Positions 28,200 to 37,279 of a DNA stretch of 64,000 nucleotides are shown here, piece after piece. This DNA is from Chloroflexota bacterium (lineage in GTDB: Bacteria; Chloroflexota; Anaerolineae; Aggregatilineales; Phototrophicaceae). Every line of letters begins with the position of its first letter. Within the stretch, counting starts at the first letter, position 1. The translations under genes and the position numbers were made by a program. The DNA is taken from positions 11,964 through 75,963 of the forward strand of contig RFIA01000194.1 of NCBI GenBank assembly GCA_003695675.1. Direction: 5' to 3'. The notes below the pieces were generated by a model that was given only the letters and a program-made list of their open reading frames with translations, was not told the DNA's origin and did not search any database.

Positions 28200-29348
28200 A
28201 TGTCTTTCAATGAGCGTTTGCAACGCTTCCAAGAACAACTCGGTTCGCAGGCTGATGCCGCCTTTTTTCCCATTTCAGCCGACCTGCAATATCTGACCGG
28301 CGTCCCCCGCGACACACCCAACTTCGGTGCCGTGATGCACCCCGGCGCATGGTTGGAAGGCGCGTGGCTTTCGCCGAAGCATGAACCCGTGCTTGCCTTG
28401 CCCCGTATGACGGCAGAATTTGGCGGCCTAGCTGACCTCGAAGGCATTCAACTGCGTATACTCGGCGACTGGGACGACCCGACAACGATGGTACGCGACA
28501 TTCTCAACGGATTTGAGTTACCGGATAACCCACGTATCGCTATCAGCGACCATACACACGGGGAAACCGTCTCTGCTTTGCACCGTTTGATATCGAATGC
28601 GACATTTGTCTCAGGGACAGAGATACTACGTAAATTGCGCGTGATTAAGTCCGAAGACGAAATCGCCCTGATGCGCAAAGCAGGCGCAATCACTGAATCA
28701 GCATTCAAAGATGTGCTGGCGCAACTCAAACATGGCATGACTGAACTCGAAATCATCATGGAAATCGATTATCAATTGCGGCGGCATGGCGCATTAGGCC
28801 CTTCATTCACGACATCCCTTTACAATTCCGGGCCGGACACACCACTGCTTTTCGGGCAGCGCGAAAAAACATGGCCGCGAAAATTGCACCCGCCGGTGTC
28901 TATCTTGTTTGACTTCGGCGCGGTCATCGCAGAAGGATATTGTTACGACTTTGGTCGCACGGTATCATTCGGCGAGCCGTCAGAAGAAATGCAGCGTGTT
29001 TACGATCTTGTGATGGAATCACAAGCCGCGGGCATCGCCGCGCTCCAATCGGGGGTGAATACGACTTCGCAAACCGATGCTGCCGCTCGCAAAGTCATTG
29101 AAAATGGTGGCTATGGCGAAGCATTTCGTCATCGTCTCGGTCATGCTATCGGCCTTGATGTTCATGAACCCCCCTTCTTGACGGCAGGTGATGAGACTCT
29201 GCTTGAAGAAGGCATGTTGTTCACCATTGAACCGAGCATTACACAATTCAACAGCTTCTCGGCACGAGTGGAAGATGTCGTCGTCGCCCGACCCGACGGC
29301 GGCGAGAAGTTGACCAACAGTTATCAATCATTGATTGTCATTGATTAA
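28200..29348 (+). CDS. M24 family Xaa-Pro peptidase
   Basis: 382 aa with the pita-bread fold metal ligands (DFGAV..GYCYD, HRLGHAIGLDVHE, FTIEPS). Confidence 0.85.
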   Translation: MSFNERLQRFQEQLGSQADAAFFPISADLQYLTGVPRDTPNFGAVMHPGAWLEGAWLSPKHEPVLALPRMTAEFGGLADLEGIQLRILGDWDDPTTMVRDILNGFELPDNPRIAISDHTHGETVSALHRLISNATFVSGTEILRKLRVIKSEDEIALMRKAGAITESAFKDVLAQLKHGMTELEIIMEIDYQLRRHGALGPSFTTSLYNSGPDTPLLFGQREKTWPRKLHPPVSILFDFGAVIAEGYCYDFGRTVSFGEPSEEMQRVYDLVMESQAAGIAALQSGVNTTSQTDAAARKVIENGGYGEAFRHRLGHAIGLDVHEPPFLTAGDETLLEEGMLFTIEPSITQFNSFSARVEDVVVARPDGGEKLTNSYQSLIVID

Positions 29349-29375
29349 ATCATCCCACAACAAGGATACATATTT

Positions 29376-29774
29376 ATGACTGAGCGAAAGAATATTTCAT
29401 CGGGCACGCCGTGGGAAAAAGCGCACGGTTACTCACGCGCTGTCCGCATCGGGCAAACAGTGCATGTCTCTGGCACAACGGCGAGTGACGAACAAGGCAA
29501 CGTCATCGGCATTGATGACCCGCATCAGCAAACCATTTACATCCTCGAAAAAATTCAACGGGCGTTAGAAGAAGCGGGCGCCACGCTTGAAGATGTTGTC
29601 CGCACACGCATCTTCGTCACCGATATTTCACGTTGGGAAGAGGTCGCACGCGCCCATGCAAAATTCTTCGGCGAGATTCGCCCGGCGAGCACACTCGTGC
29701 AAGTCAGTGGATTGGTCAGCCCGGAGCAACTCGTCGAAATTGAGGTTGAGGCATTCATCGGAGAAGATGAGTGA
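29376..29774 (+). CDS. RidA/YjgF family protein
   Basis: 132 aa with a typical RidA-family length and C-terminal EIEVEA motif. Confidence 0.85.
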   Translation: MTERKNISSGTPWEKAHGYSRAVRIGQTVHVSGTTASDEQGNVIGIDDPHQQTIYILEKIQRALEEAGATLEDVVRTRIFVTDISRWEEVARAHAKFFGEIRPASTLVQVSGLVSPEQLVEIEVEAFIGEDE

Positions 29775-30778
29775 AGTTCAGCATTCGCCTCAATAATGAT
29801 CACGCGGTTTCGGATTATGTCGCGCTGGCAAAAGTCGCCGAAGAGGCCGGTTTCGAGCAATTTTGGGTGAGCAATGATCTCTTTCTGCGTAGTTCGCCAA
29901 TTATCTTGTCAGCAATCGCTTGTGAAACCGAACGCATCGAAATCGGAACGTGCATCCTCAATCCGTATACCATCAACCCCTCAGAAATCGCGATGATGGC
30001 GGCGACACTTGACGAGCTTTCAGGCAGACGCTTCAATCTCGGCTTGTCCGCCGGTGGTGGTGATTTCCTGAAATGGATAAACATTCGGCAGGAGAAACCA
30101 CTGACCGCCGTCGTCGAAACAATTGATGTCCTCAATCGTTTGCATAATGGCGAACATGCCCCACATGATGGTCATTTCCTCAAATGGGCGGACGAGTCTT
30201 ATTTGCGCTTCAAACCGGAACGCCGTGTGCCGATTTATCTCGGCGCGATGGGGCCGAATATGCTGCGGTCAATTGGTCGTATTGCCGACGGCGGTCTTCC
30301 ACTTTTGTTCCCGCCGGAGCATTACACAACGGTGATGTCATACATCCGCCAAGGCGCAACCGAAGCCGGGCGCAACATCGACGACATTGATGTCGCAGCT
30401 TGTATCTGGTGTTCGATTTCGGATGACCGCGAAGCTGCCTTGGATGTCCTTAAAGAGAAGATTGCCTATTACGGCCACGCGATGGGTGACCTCATCCTCG
30501 AAAATCTTGGGCTTGAACGTTCGGACTTCGACGAAATGGAGCATGTCGTCATGGTCGAGAATGATATGGAAAAAGCGAAATCTCTTGTGACCGAACCGAT
30601 GCTCAAAATCGGCATCGCGGGCACGACGTATGACTTGATTGAGCGTATGGAACATCTCGTGGATATGGGGGTCAATCATCTGAGCTTTGGCCCACCGCTT
30701 GGCCCCGATTTAATGGAAGCTGTCTCGCTGATAGGCCGTGAAGTTATCCCACATTTTCGCCAACGAGGTGACGTATGA
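29771..30778 (+). CDS. LLM-class (luciferase-like) flavin/F420-dependent oxidoreductase, Mer-like
   Basis: 335 aa. The GTG start overlaps the RidA stop (GTGA). TIM-barrel LLM pattern (FWVSNDLF, YLGAMGPNMLR). The cofactor (F420 versus FMN) cannot be decided by eye. Confidence 0.8.
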   Translation: MKFSIRLNNDHAVSDYVALAKVAEEAGFEQFWVSNDLFLRSSPIILSAIACETERIEIGTCILNPYTINPSEIAMMAATLDELSGRRFNLGLSAGGGDFLKWINIRQEKPLTAVVETIDVLNRLHNGEHAPHDGHFLKWADESYLRFKPERRVPIYLGAMGPNMLRSIGRIADGGLPLLFPPEHYTTVMSYIRQGATEAGRNIDDIDVAACIWCSISDDREAALDVLKEKIAYYGHAMGDLILENLGLERSDFDEMEHVVMVENDMEKAKSLVTEPMLKIGIAGTTYDLIERMEHLVDMGVNHLSFGPPLGPDLMEAVSLIGREVIPHFRQRGDV

Positions 30779-31092
30779 GCCGCAATTTTGAACTCTACGA
30801 TTTACGCATCACTATTGAGAAGATCGAAGGTCGATCAGTATGTGGACTGGAAGTCGGGGATTATTTTGAAGTCACCGAAAGCAATCGCCTGCGCATCCCG
30901 GCGGATAAACATTTTTGCATTTATGCCATCAGTGCCGTGCTGCCACTCATCCCAGCTAAACAACGTGAACTCGCAGAAAATGATTGGCTTGAGCGCGACT
31001 CCCTCATCGCTTGTCCCGACCCGGATGAGCGCGTCATCATGCGGATTGAGCGCATCGGCAAGCGCACAATGGACAGCGATGAACTGACATGA
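30775..31092 (+). CDS. Small cysteine-containing protein of unknown function (resembles TIGR04076 family by recollection)
   Basis: 105 aa with ATGA overlaps at both ends. Cys23, Cys48 and Cys80, plus an ACPDPDERV motif. Confidence 0.6.
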   Translation: MSRNFELYDLRITIEKIEGRSVCGLEVGDYFEVTESNRLRIPADKHFCIYAISAVLPLIPAKQRELAENDWLERDSLIACPDPDERVIMRIERIGKRTMDSDELT

Positions 31093-32096
31093 CAAAGCGC
31101 GAAATCAGCATCGGCTTCCAAACCGATAAATCCCCGGCGCAGTATGTTGCGCTCGCGCAGCTCGTTGATCGCTACGACTTCGATGCAGTGTCAGTCTATT
31201 CTGATTTGCCATTTCATCCTGGTTTTAGCGCGTTGACGCTGATGGCGCCGCATATCAAACGGGCGCGGATTGGTGTCGCGGGTGTGTCACCGGCGCGTAT
31301 CTCACCGATTGACATCGCCGCCGAGACCGCCTTGCTCGCACAACTTGCTAATGCGGGTATTTATCTCGGCCTTGTGCGCGGCGGATGGCTGGAAACGCAC
31401 GGCATCATGCCGCCTGCGCAACCGATACAAGCTATTCGCGAAACGATTGACATTGTGCGGCACATCCTGTCGGGCAACACGGGCGGTTATCACGGCAGTG
31501 TCTATCACATCGGCGAATACGTCCGCGCACAATATCCATTGCCCAAAGACCCGATTCCGATTCTTATTGGAACGTGGGGCAAGAAATTAGCAGCGCTTGC
31601 CGGTGAACTCGCCGATGAAGTGAAAATTGGCGGGACGGCAAATCCTGATATTATTCCGGTGATACGTGGTTATATCGCGGAGGGTGAACACAAAGCCGGT
31701 CGCAATGACGGGACTGTTGGTATCGTCGTTGGTGCCGTCACAGTGGTTGACGAAGATCGTGAACAAGCGCGGCAACTCGTTCGACGTGAGGTGGCGATGT
31801 ATTTACCATTAGTTGTTAAATTCGATTCGACGGTTGAGGTCGAGCCGGAATTGATAACACGATTAGAATCACTTGCTGACCAAGGCGAATATGATGTGGC
31901 GGGTCGTTTGATTTCAGATGACTTGCTACAACGCTTCGCATTTGCAGGCACGCCATACGATCTGATTGAACATGCTGAAAGATTATTTGATGCCGGTGCA
32001 AGCCGTATCGAGTTCGGTACGCCACACGGAATCAAGTCTGAACATGGAATTGTGTTGCTCGGTGAAAAAGTCATCCCACACTTTAAGGACAGGTAG
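31089..32096 (+). CDS. LLM-class (luciferase-like) flavin/F420-dependent oxidoreductase, second divergent copy
   Basis: 335 aa. ATGA overlap with the small ORF. LLM pattern (LIGTWGKKLAALAGELADEVKIGG). Confidence 0.8.
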   Translation: MTKREISIGFQTDKSPAQYVALAQLVDRYDFDAVSVYSDLPFHPGFSALTLMAPHIKRARIGVAGVSPARISPIDIAAETALLAQLANAGIYLGLVRGGWLETHGIMPPAQPIQAIRETIDIVRHILSGNTGGYHGSVYHIGEYVRAQYPLPKDPIPILIGTWGKKLAALAGELADEVKIGGTANPDIIPVIRGYIAEGEHKAGRNDGTVGIVVGAVTVVDEDREQARQLVRREVAMYLPLVVKFDSTVEVEPELITRLESLADQGEYDVAGRLISDDLLQRFAFAGTPYDLIEHAERLFDAGASRIEFGTPHGIKSEHGIVLLGEKVIPHFKDR

Positions 32097-32101
32097 CAAC
32101 A

Positions 32102-34039
32102 TCAATCATACGAAGAATACTGAATTCGACCCGTTTCTTTCGTATGGTAACCCGGTTGTTCACTGAGCGTCTTCTGGAAATCATCACTAGTCAGGATTTC
32201 GAGGAGATGTTGTATACCCGGATTGTCGGCATGAGTCTGCGGAATGACCAAATCGTAACGCTCCCACCCGACCGGGACAAAATCTAACCCCATCGCAATG
32301 GCTGCATTGCGCACGCCCATCCCACAATCTGCAATGCCAGAGGCAATGGCTGACGCGACTGCAAGATGTGTATATTCTTCGTGCTCATACCCCACAATCA
32401 AATCCGACGAGATACTGCGTTGCTCAAGTTCATAATCAAGCAGCACACGGGTCCCCGCGCCACGCTGCCGATTGACATATCGCACACGATTCAAATCCTC
32501 AAGCGATTCGATGCGTAACGGATTGCCGGGCGCAACAATTAACCCCTGTTCACGGTGAGCAAATGTGACGAGTTGCACCGGCTCATCGCGCAAATGTTTT
32601 TGAACATAGCTGATGTTGTAATCGCCGGTCGTGGGGTCGAGCAAATGCGTTCCGGCAAGATGGGCGTGCTTACGCCGCAGAGCAATCAAGCCGCCGAGTG
32701 AACCGACATTCGCCGATGTCAGTCGATAACCGGGATAGTGTGTTGCGAGAAATTGCGCAAGCAAGTCAAGCATCGGGTCGTGGCTACCTAGCGCCATCAC
32801 AGTGCGTTCAATCACATCCATCGGGCGATATAATCGCACACCAACCGAGTGCCCCATAGCAACACCTTCACTGAAGCGGGGGACATGCGCAAGACCATCA
32901 GCACGGACGAGCGAAGTAATCACCCCCGCCCCACGACTCAATGGCGCCGCGAGCAATCGGTCGCCGACTCGCGCGAGAGTCACTCGCACGAAATCGTCAT
33001 CGCCAATTGGCGAAACGAGCTTTTGTGTCATCACAGCTTCAACATGCGGACGCATTGCGATGTCAGGCGAAACACCTGCCCATTGCGCGAGTAACGGCTG
33101 CACAATCAGTTCGCCAGTCAACGCTGCGCTGACGGGATAGCCGGGTACGCCGATGATGAGAATATCTTCAATCATGCCAATAATCACCGGATGACCCGGT
33201 CGAACAGCAACGCCATGCACCAACAATTCGCCCTGTTCGCGAATCAGCGACGCAGTGAAGTCTTTGCTTCCTGCCGATGAGCCGGAGAGCATCAAGATCA
33301 AATCAGGTATGTTTTGTATCGCACCTTTGAGGGCCATGCGCAACTTGTCGGGGTCATCGGGGACAATATCATGCACAAAAGGAATACCACCAGACTCCCG
33401 AATCTGTGCGGATAGCATGAGACTATTGTATTCAATGATTTGTCCCGGCGCAGGAATCTGCGACGCGGGGATGAGTTCGCTGCCTGTCGGGATAATAATG
33501 ATGCGCGGTTGGCGACGAACACTGACAGCATCATAGCCACTCCCCGCCAATGCGCCCAAATCTACAGGACGAATGCGATGATTAATCGGCAATACAAGTT
33601 CCGTCGCAACCATATCCTCACCGGCGAGACGAACATGTTGTCGCGGCACAACCGACGCTCGGATTTCAATCGTGTCCGGCGATAATTGCTGCGTATCTTC
33701 GATCATGATGACGGCATTTGTACCGGACGGCATGACATCGCCGGTATTGACTGGATACGCTTGTTCGCCAAGTTTAAGTGCTATCGGACGTGTATCCGTC
33801 GCGCCGCGCGTGTCTTCGGCGCGAACTGCATAGCCATCCATAGCGGCGGCGTGATAATGTGGCGATGAAATCTTCGCCCATACCGCACTCGCCGTCACAC
33901 GACCCAGCGCTTCGGTGAGCGGCACATCCTCGCCGGGAAGGGCATCCCATCGCCCGATAGCACGCAACGCCATTTCAAGCCGCTTACGTGCTTCATCAAG
34001 CGGAATATCTGCGAGGTAAATATTGCGGTCATCTGTCAT
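32102..34039 (-). CDS. MoeA-type molybdopterin molybdotransferase fused to a C-terminal periplasmic-binding-protein-like domain
   Basis: 645 aa. The N-terminal ~400 aa have the MoeA fold (AMDGYAVR, LSGSSAGSKDF, GVPGYPVSA). The C-terminal ~230 aa resemble a PBP-like anion-binding domain. Confidence 0.8.
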   Translation of the reverse strand: MTDDRNIYLADIPLDEARKRLEMALRAIGRWDALPGEDVPLTEALGRVTASAVWAKISSPHYHAAAMDGYAVRAEDTRGATDTRPIALKLGEQAYPVNTGDVMPSGTNAVIMIEDTQQLSPDTIEIRASVVPRQHVRLAGEDMVATELVLPINHRIRPVDLGALAGSGYDAVSVRRQPRIIIIPTGSELIPASQIPAPGQIIEYNSLMLSAQIRESGGIPFVHDIVPDDPDKLRMALKGAIQNIPDLILMLSGSSAGSKDFTASLIREQGELLVHGVAVRPGHPVIIGMIEDILIIGVPGYPVSAALTGELIVQPLLAQWAGVSPDIAMRPHVEAVMTQKLVSPIGDDDFVRVTLARVGDRLLAAPLSRGAGVITSLVRADGLAHVPRFSEGVAMGHSVGVRLYRPMDVIERTVMALGSHDPMLDLLAQFLATHYPGYRLTSANVGSLGGLIALRRKHAHLAGTHLLDPTTGDYNISYVQKHLRDEPVQLVTFAHREQGLIVAPGNPLRIESLEDLNRVRYVNRQRGAGTRVLLDYELEQRSISSDLIVGYEHEEYTHLAVASAIASGIADCGMGVRNAAIAMGLDFVPVGWERYDLVIPQTHADNPGIQHLLEILTSDDFQKTLSEQPGYHTKETGRIQYSSYD

Positions 34040-35277
34040 GAGAACAACATCACATCAACAATTGTGTCCGCTCTGAGACCGTTAATATTGAGGGGAACCT
34101 GCACAAAGCCATCGGCTTGAATCAATGTAAAAATCAAATTCGATTTGCCGAATATCGGTTCAGCCAACCATTCACCATCCTGTTGACTCAATCGCACGGG
34201 TATCGTGTCATCTCGCCCAGTCGCTGAAGACATGTTGTGCGTCAGCCGCGCTTGAATTCGGCTCGTGGGACGCGGCATCTCGCCGAGCAAGCGTTTGACA
34301 ATCGGCACGACAATCTGATGCGCGACGAGCAACGCAGAGACAGGATTGCCCGGCAAGCCAATCACCGGCTTATTTTCGCACACACCAATGATAGTCGGCT
34401 TGCCCGGCTTAACGGCGAGACCATGTTGCAGCACACCCGGTTGACCCAGACTGTTGATGACATCGCGAGTGTAATCACGAGTTGAGACCGAACTTCCCGC
34501 CGTCATCACGAGCACGTCAACATCAGCAAATCCAGCCCATGCCTTCGCTCGATACTCATCAAATGTATCGCGTGCAATGCCAAGCAATACAGGTTGGCCC
34601 CCAACATGTTCAACTAGCGTGGCCAATGTGTGCGCATTGATGTCACGAATTTGGCCGGGTACAACATTACCCTCAGGTGGGACGAGTTCATCACCACAAC
34701 TCAAAATGCCGATACGCGGGGGCACAGCAACATCAATTTCAGTCACGCCAACCGCGAGTAAGCCTCCAATATCTTGCGGACGAAGTTTACGACCGGCAGC
34801 TAAAACTATATTGCCTTGTTCGACATCTTCGCCGATTTGTATGACATTCTCGCCCGAAGCAACCGGCGCCAAAACTTCAAGTTCGCTGTTATCAAGTAAA
34901 TGTGTCCGTTCGATCATCACGACGGCATCGGCACTATCGGGTAGCATTCCACCAGTATGAATCTCAACCGCTTCGCCTTGTTGAATGTCAATATCTGCTG
35001 CATACCCCATCGGCACACGACCGGTCAACGTAAGATAGATGGGCAATGACTGCGATGCGCCAAAAGTATCTTGTGAGCGAACCGCATATCCATCAACTGT
35101 GCTACGACGAAATTGCGGTAAATTTATCGGTGATTGCACGGTAGCAAACAAAACCCGCCCCAATGCCCGGCGCGGGTCAAGCGATTCGGTTTTAATGCGT
35201 GGCGTCCAATGTGCATCTAGCAGTTCTAATGCAGCATCAATCGGCTGCACATTGAAGAACTCAGGTGTAGCAGTCAT
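34036..35277 (-). CDS. moeA: Molybdopterin molybdotransferase
   Basis: 413 aa with VDGYAVR, TAGSSVSTRDY and GLPGNPVSA. ATGA overlap (34036-34039) with the downstream paralogue. Confidence 0.85.
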   Translation of the reverse strand: MTATPEFFNVQPIDAALELLDAHWTPRIKTESLDPRRALGRVLFATVQSPINLPQFRRSTVDGYAVRSQDTFGASQSLPIYLTLTGRVPMGYAADIDIQQGEAVEIHTGGMLPDSADAVVMIERTHLLDNSELEVLAPVASGENVIQIGEDVEQGNIVLAAGRKLRPQDIGGLLAVGVTEIDVAVPPRIGILSCGDELVPPEGNVVPGQIRDINAHTLATLVEHVGGQPVLLGIARDTFDEYRAKAWAGFADVDVLVMTAGSSVSTRDYTRDVINSLGQPGVLQHGLAVKPGKPTIIGVCENKPVIGLPGNPVSALLVAHQIVVPIVKRLLGEMPRPTSRIQARLTHNMSSATGRDDTIPVRLSQQDGEWLAEPIFGKSNLIFTLIQADGFVQVPLNINGLRADTIVDVMLFS

Positions 35278-35286
35278 TTGTTTCGA

Positions 35287-35742
35287 TTACTGCGGCACAA
35301 ACCGAAATACAGGATGATTAGGCACAATTTTGACAAATTCCTCAAGTGGTGCATCATAAGGGATCTCGACGAATTGACGCGGGAAACTGTTTTGTTCTAA
35401 ATAGGCCTTGGAAATCGGCGCGGCTTCTTCCGGCTCAAGTTCTTCGACACCGACGACCTCTGTCTTGCCGCCTCGTGACAATGTAACTTGACCGGCGGCG
35501 CGGGCATTATGTACCCAGCCGACTTCGCCATACGGCGAAACCAACCAACGCCTGTCATCATCAATGATAAGATTAACCGGCGTCGTGTACAATTTGCTGC
35601 TCTTGCGCCCGCGAGTTGTCAGCAAATACATGCCGGCAGGCATCAACCCCAATCGAATCAAAATTTTCATGATGCGATTGATGATGCGCACTTGCATGTT
35701 GACTTGATATTTTTTCGCCACAACATCCCCCTCAAATATCAA
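35287..35742 (-). CDS. Deazaflavin (F420H2)-dependent nitroreductase/quinone reductase family protein (DDN-like)
   Basis: 151 aa with LLTTRGRKSSKLYTTPV and SPYGEVGWVHNARAAGQVTL, typical of this family. The start is ambiguous (35742 or the ATG at 35697). Confidence 0.75.
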   Translation of the reverse strand: MIFEGDVVAKKYQVNMQVRIINRIMKILIRLGLMPAGMYLLTTRGRKSSKLYTTPVNLIIDDDRRWLVSPYGEVGWVHNARAAGQVTLSRGGKTEVVGVEELEPEEAAPISKAYLEQNSFPRQFVEIPYDAPLEEFVKIVPNHPVFRFVPQ

Positions 35743-36556
35743 TCACTTGTTCGATCCGCTCAACGACAGGCAAACCCAATCTTTGCGGATGGGTATATAC
35801 ACGCAAACTGCCACGCCGTACATATCCCACGATGCAAATATTCCATGCTTGTGCGAGTTGCACAGCGACACTCGTCGGCGCGGTACGACTCGCCACAAGC
35901 GGCACACCCATACGTCGCGCCTTTTGCAACATCTCTGAGCTGATGCGGCCACTACTCATCAAAATGCAATCGTGGGTAGCAATGCCCTGTTGCAGCGCCT
36001 TGCCGGTCACTTTGTCAATCGCATTGTGCCGTCCAACATCTTCTGCACTGACGAGCATTTGATGCACATCGGCGAGTATTGCGGTGTGTACCCCGCGCAC
36101 TTTGTTGTACAACACAGCGGCGCCCTGCATATCGCGCATCCGTTTGAAGATAATATCGGGTGTTGTAGCGAAGTCAGTCTCCAATGCAGGATGCGTATCG
36201 GCAAGATATTGAAATGTGACGCCACCTCCACATCCCGATGTGAGAATCATACGACGTGGTGGGGCGAAATCGGCCCGTTTGAGCAGCACATCGACAACGC
36301 TACGAGCAACATTCGCCTTCACGACACCAACTTCATCGATTGAGTCGACGACATGTTCGTTGTAGAGAAAGCCGAGTGCGAGCGCTTCTTGCTCTAGTGG
36401 ACTGCACATAATCGTCGCGAGTTCTTGCCCGTTGACGTAAATACTGACCAGTGACTCTTCTATCATACCGCCATCGATCAAATCAGCGTTGCCCCCTTCG
36501 ACAGACCAATATGTATAGGGCACGAAGCCTGCTTCGCGATGAGTTTCGTCTTGCAT
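35732..36556 (-). CDS. fdhD: Formate dehydrogenase accessory sulfurtransferase
   Basis: 274 aa with TSGCGGG and VGRHNAIDKVTG motifs. Confidence 0.9.
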   Translation of the reverse strand: MQDETHREAGFVPYTYWSVEGGNADLIDGGMIEESLVSIYVNGQELATIMCSPLEQEALALGFLYNEHVVDSIDEVGVVKANVARSVVDVLLKRADFAPPRRMILTSGCGGGVTFQYLADTHPALETDFATTPDIIFKRMRDMQGAAVLYNKVRGVHTAILADVHQMLVSAEDVGRHNAIDKVTGKALQQGIATHDCILMSSGRISSEMLQKARRMGVPLVASRTAPTSVAVQLAQAWNICIVGYVRRGSLRVYTHPQRLGLPVVERIEQVIDI

Positions 36557-36559
36557 TGT

Positions 36560-37276
36560 TTATTCTGTATTTTCTTTCCGGCGACGCGGTATGCGAGTCA
36601 TTTGTCGAATTTCGTCGGGAGACATGCCCTGTTCGAGTCCCCACTCTGTCTTCGGTTTGAGCGCACCTGTCGGGCACACACCGATGCACTGCCCACAAAA
36701 AACGCACGGCGAGTCCATCATGCCGATGTCAAAAGCCGTCGCCACATGCGTATCATAGCCGCGTTCGCCCAGTGTCAACGCGAAGGTATATTGTGCATCT
36801 TCTGCACAAACCTGCACACAACGCCAACACAAAACACACTGATTGTAATCGCGGACATAAAACGGATTGTCATCGTGAATATCATGTTCACGCCGTTTGG
36901 CATCAGGGAAGCGTGACTCATCGACACCGTAATCCATCATCATCTCTTGAATCGCTTCGCCCTGACTGAGGTCAACAGCCGAGTTCAACATTTCGAGAAT
37001 CGTGCGGCGATTGCGTTCGACTCGTTCATTGCGTGTCTCGACGATGCTGTCATGTTGGCATTCGGCGATGCACGCCGGTTGCAATAAACGCCCGCCATTG
37101 ACATCGACGACACACACGCGGCAGAGACCATTCGCTGTTGTCGCGTCATGATAGCAAATCACCGGAATCTCTTTACCAATCATCCGCGCTGCTTCCAGCA
37201 GAGTCGTCCCTTCCGGTACAGTGATTTCTTCGCCATCGAGTGTGAATGTAATCATATTGTCATCAGCTTCAGGCAT
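36560..37276 (-). CDS. Stand-alone NuoG/FdsA N-terminal-type Fe-S subunit (2Fe-2S plus 4Fe-4S clusters), no molybdopterin domain
   Basis: 238 aa with [17 protein letters not shown] (2Fe-2S), [11 protein letters not shown] and [12 protein letters not shown]. Confidence 0.85.
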   Translation of the reverse strand: MPEADDNMITFTLDGEEITVPEGTTLLEAARMIGKEIPVICYHDATTANGLCRVCVVDVNGGRLLQPACIAECQHDSIVETRNERVERNRRTILEMLNSAVDLSQGEAIQEMMMDYGVDESRFPDAKRREHDIHDDNPFYVRDYNQCVLCWRCVQVCAEDAQYTFALTLGERGYDTHVATAFDIGMMDSPCVFCGQCIGVCPTGALKPKTEWGLEQGMSPDEIRQMTRIPRRRKENTE

Positions 37277-37279
37277 TGA

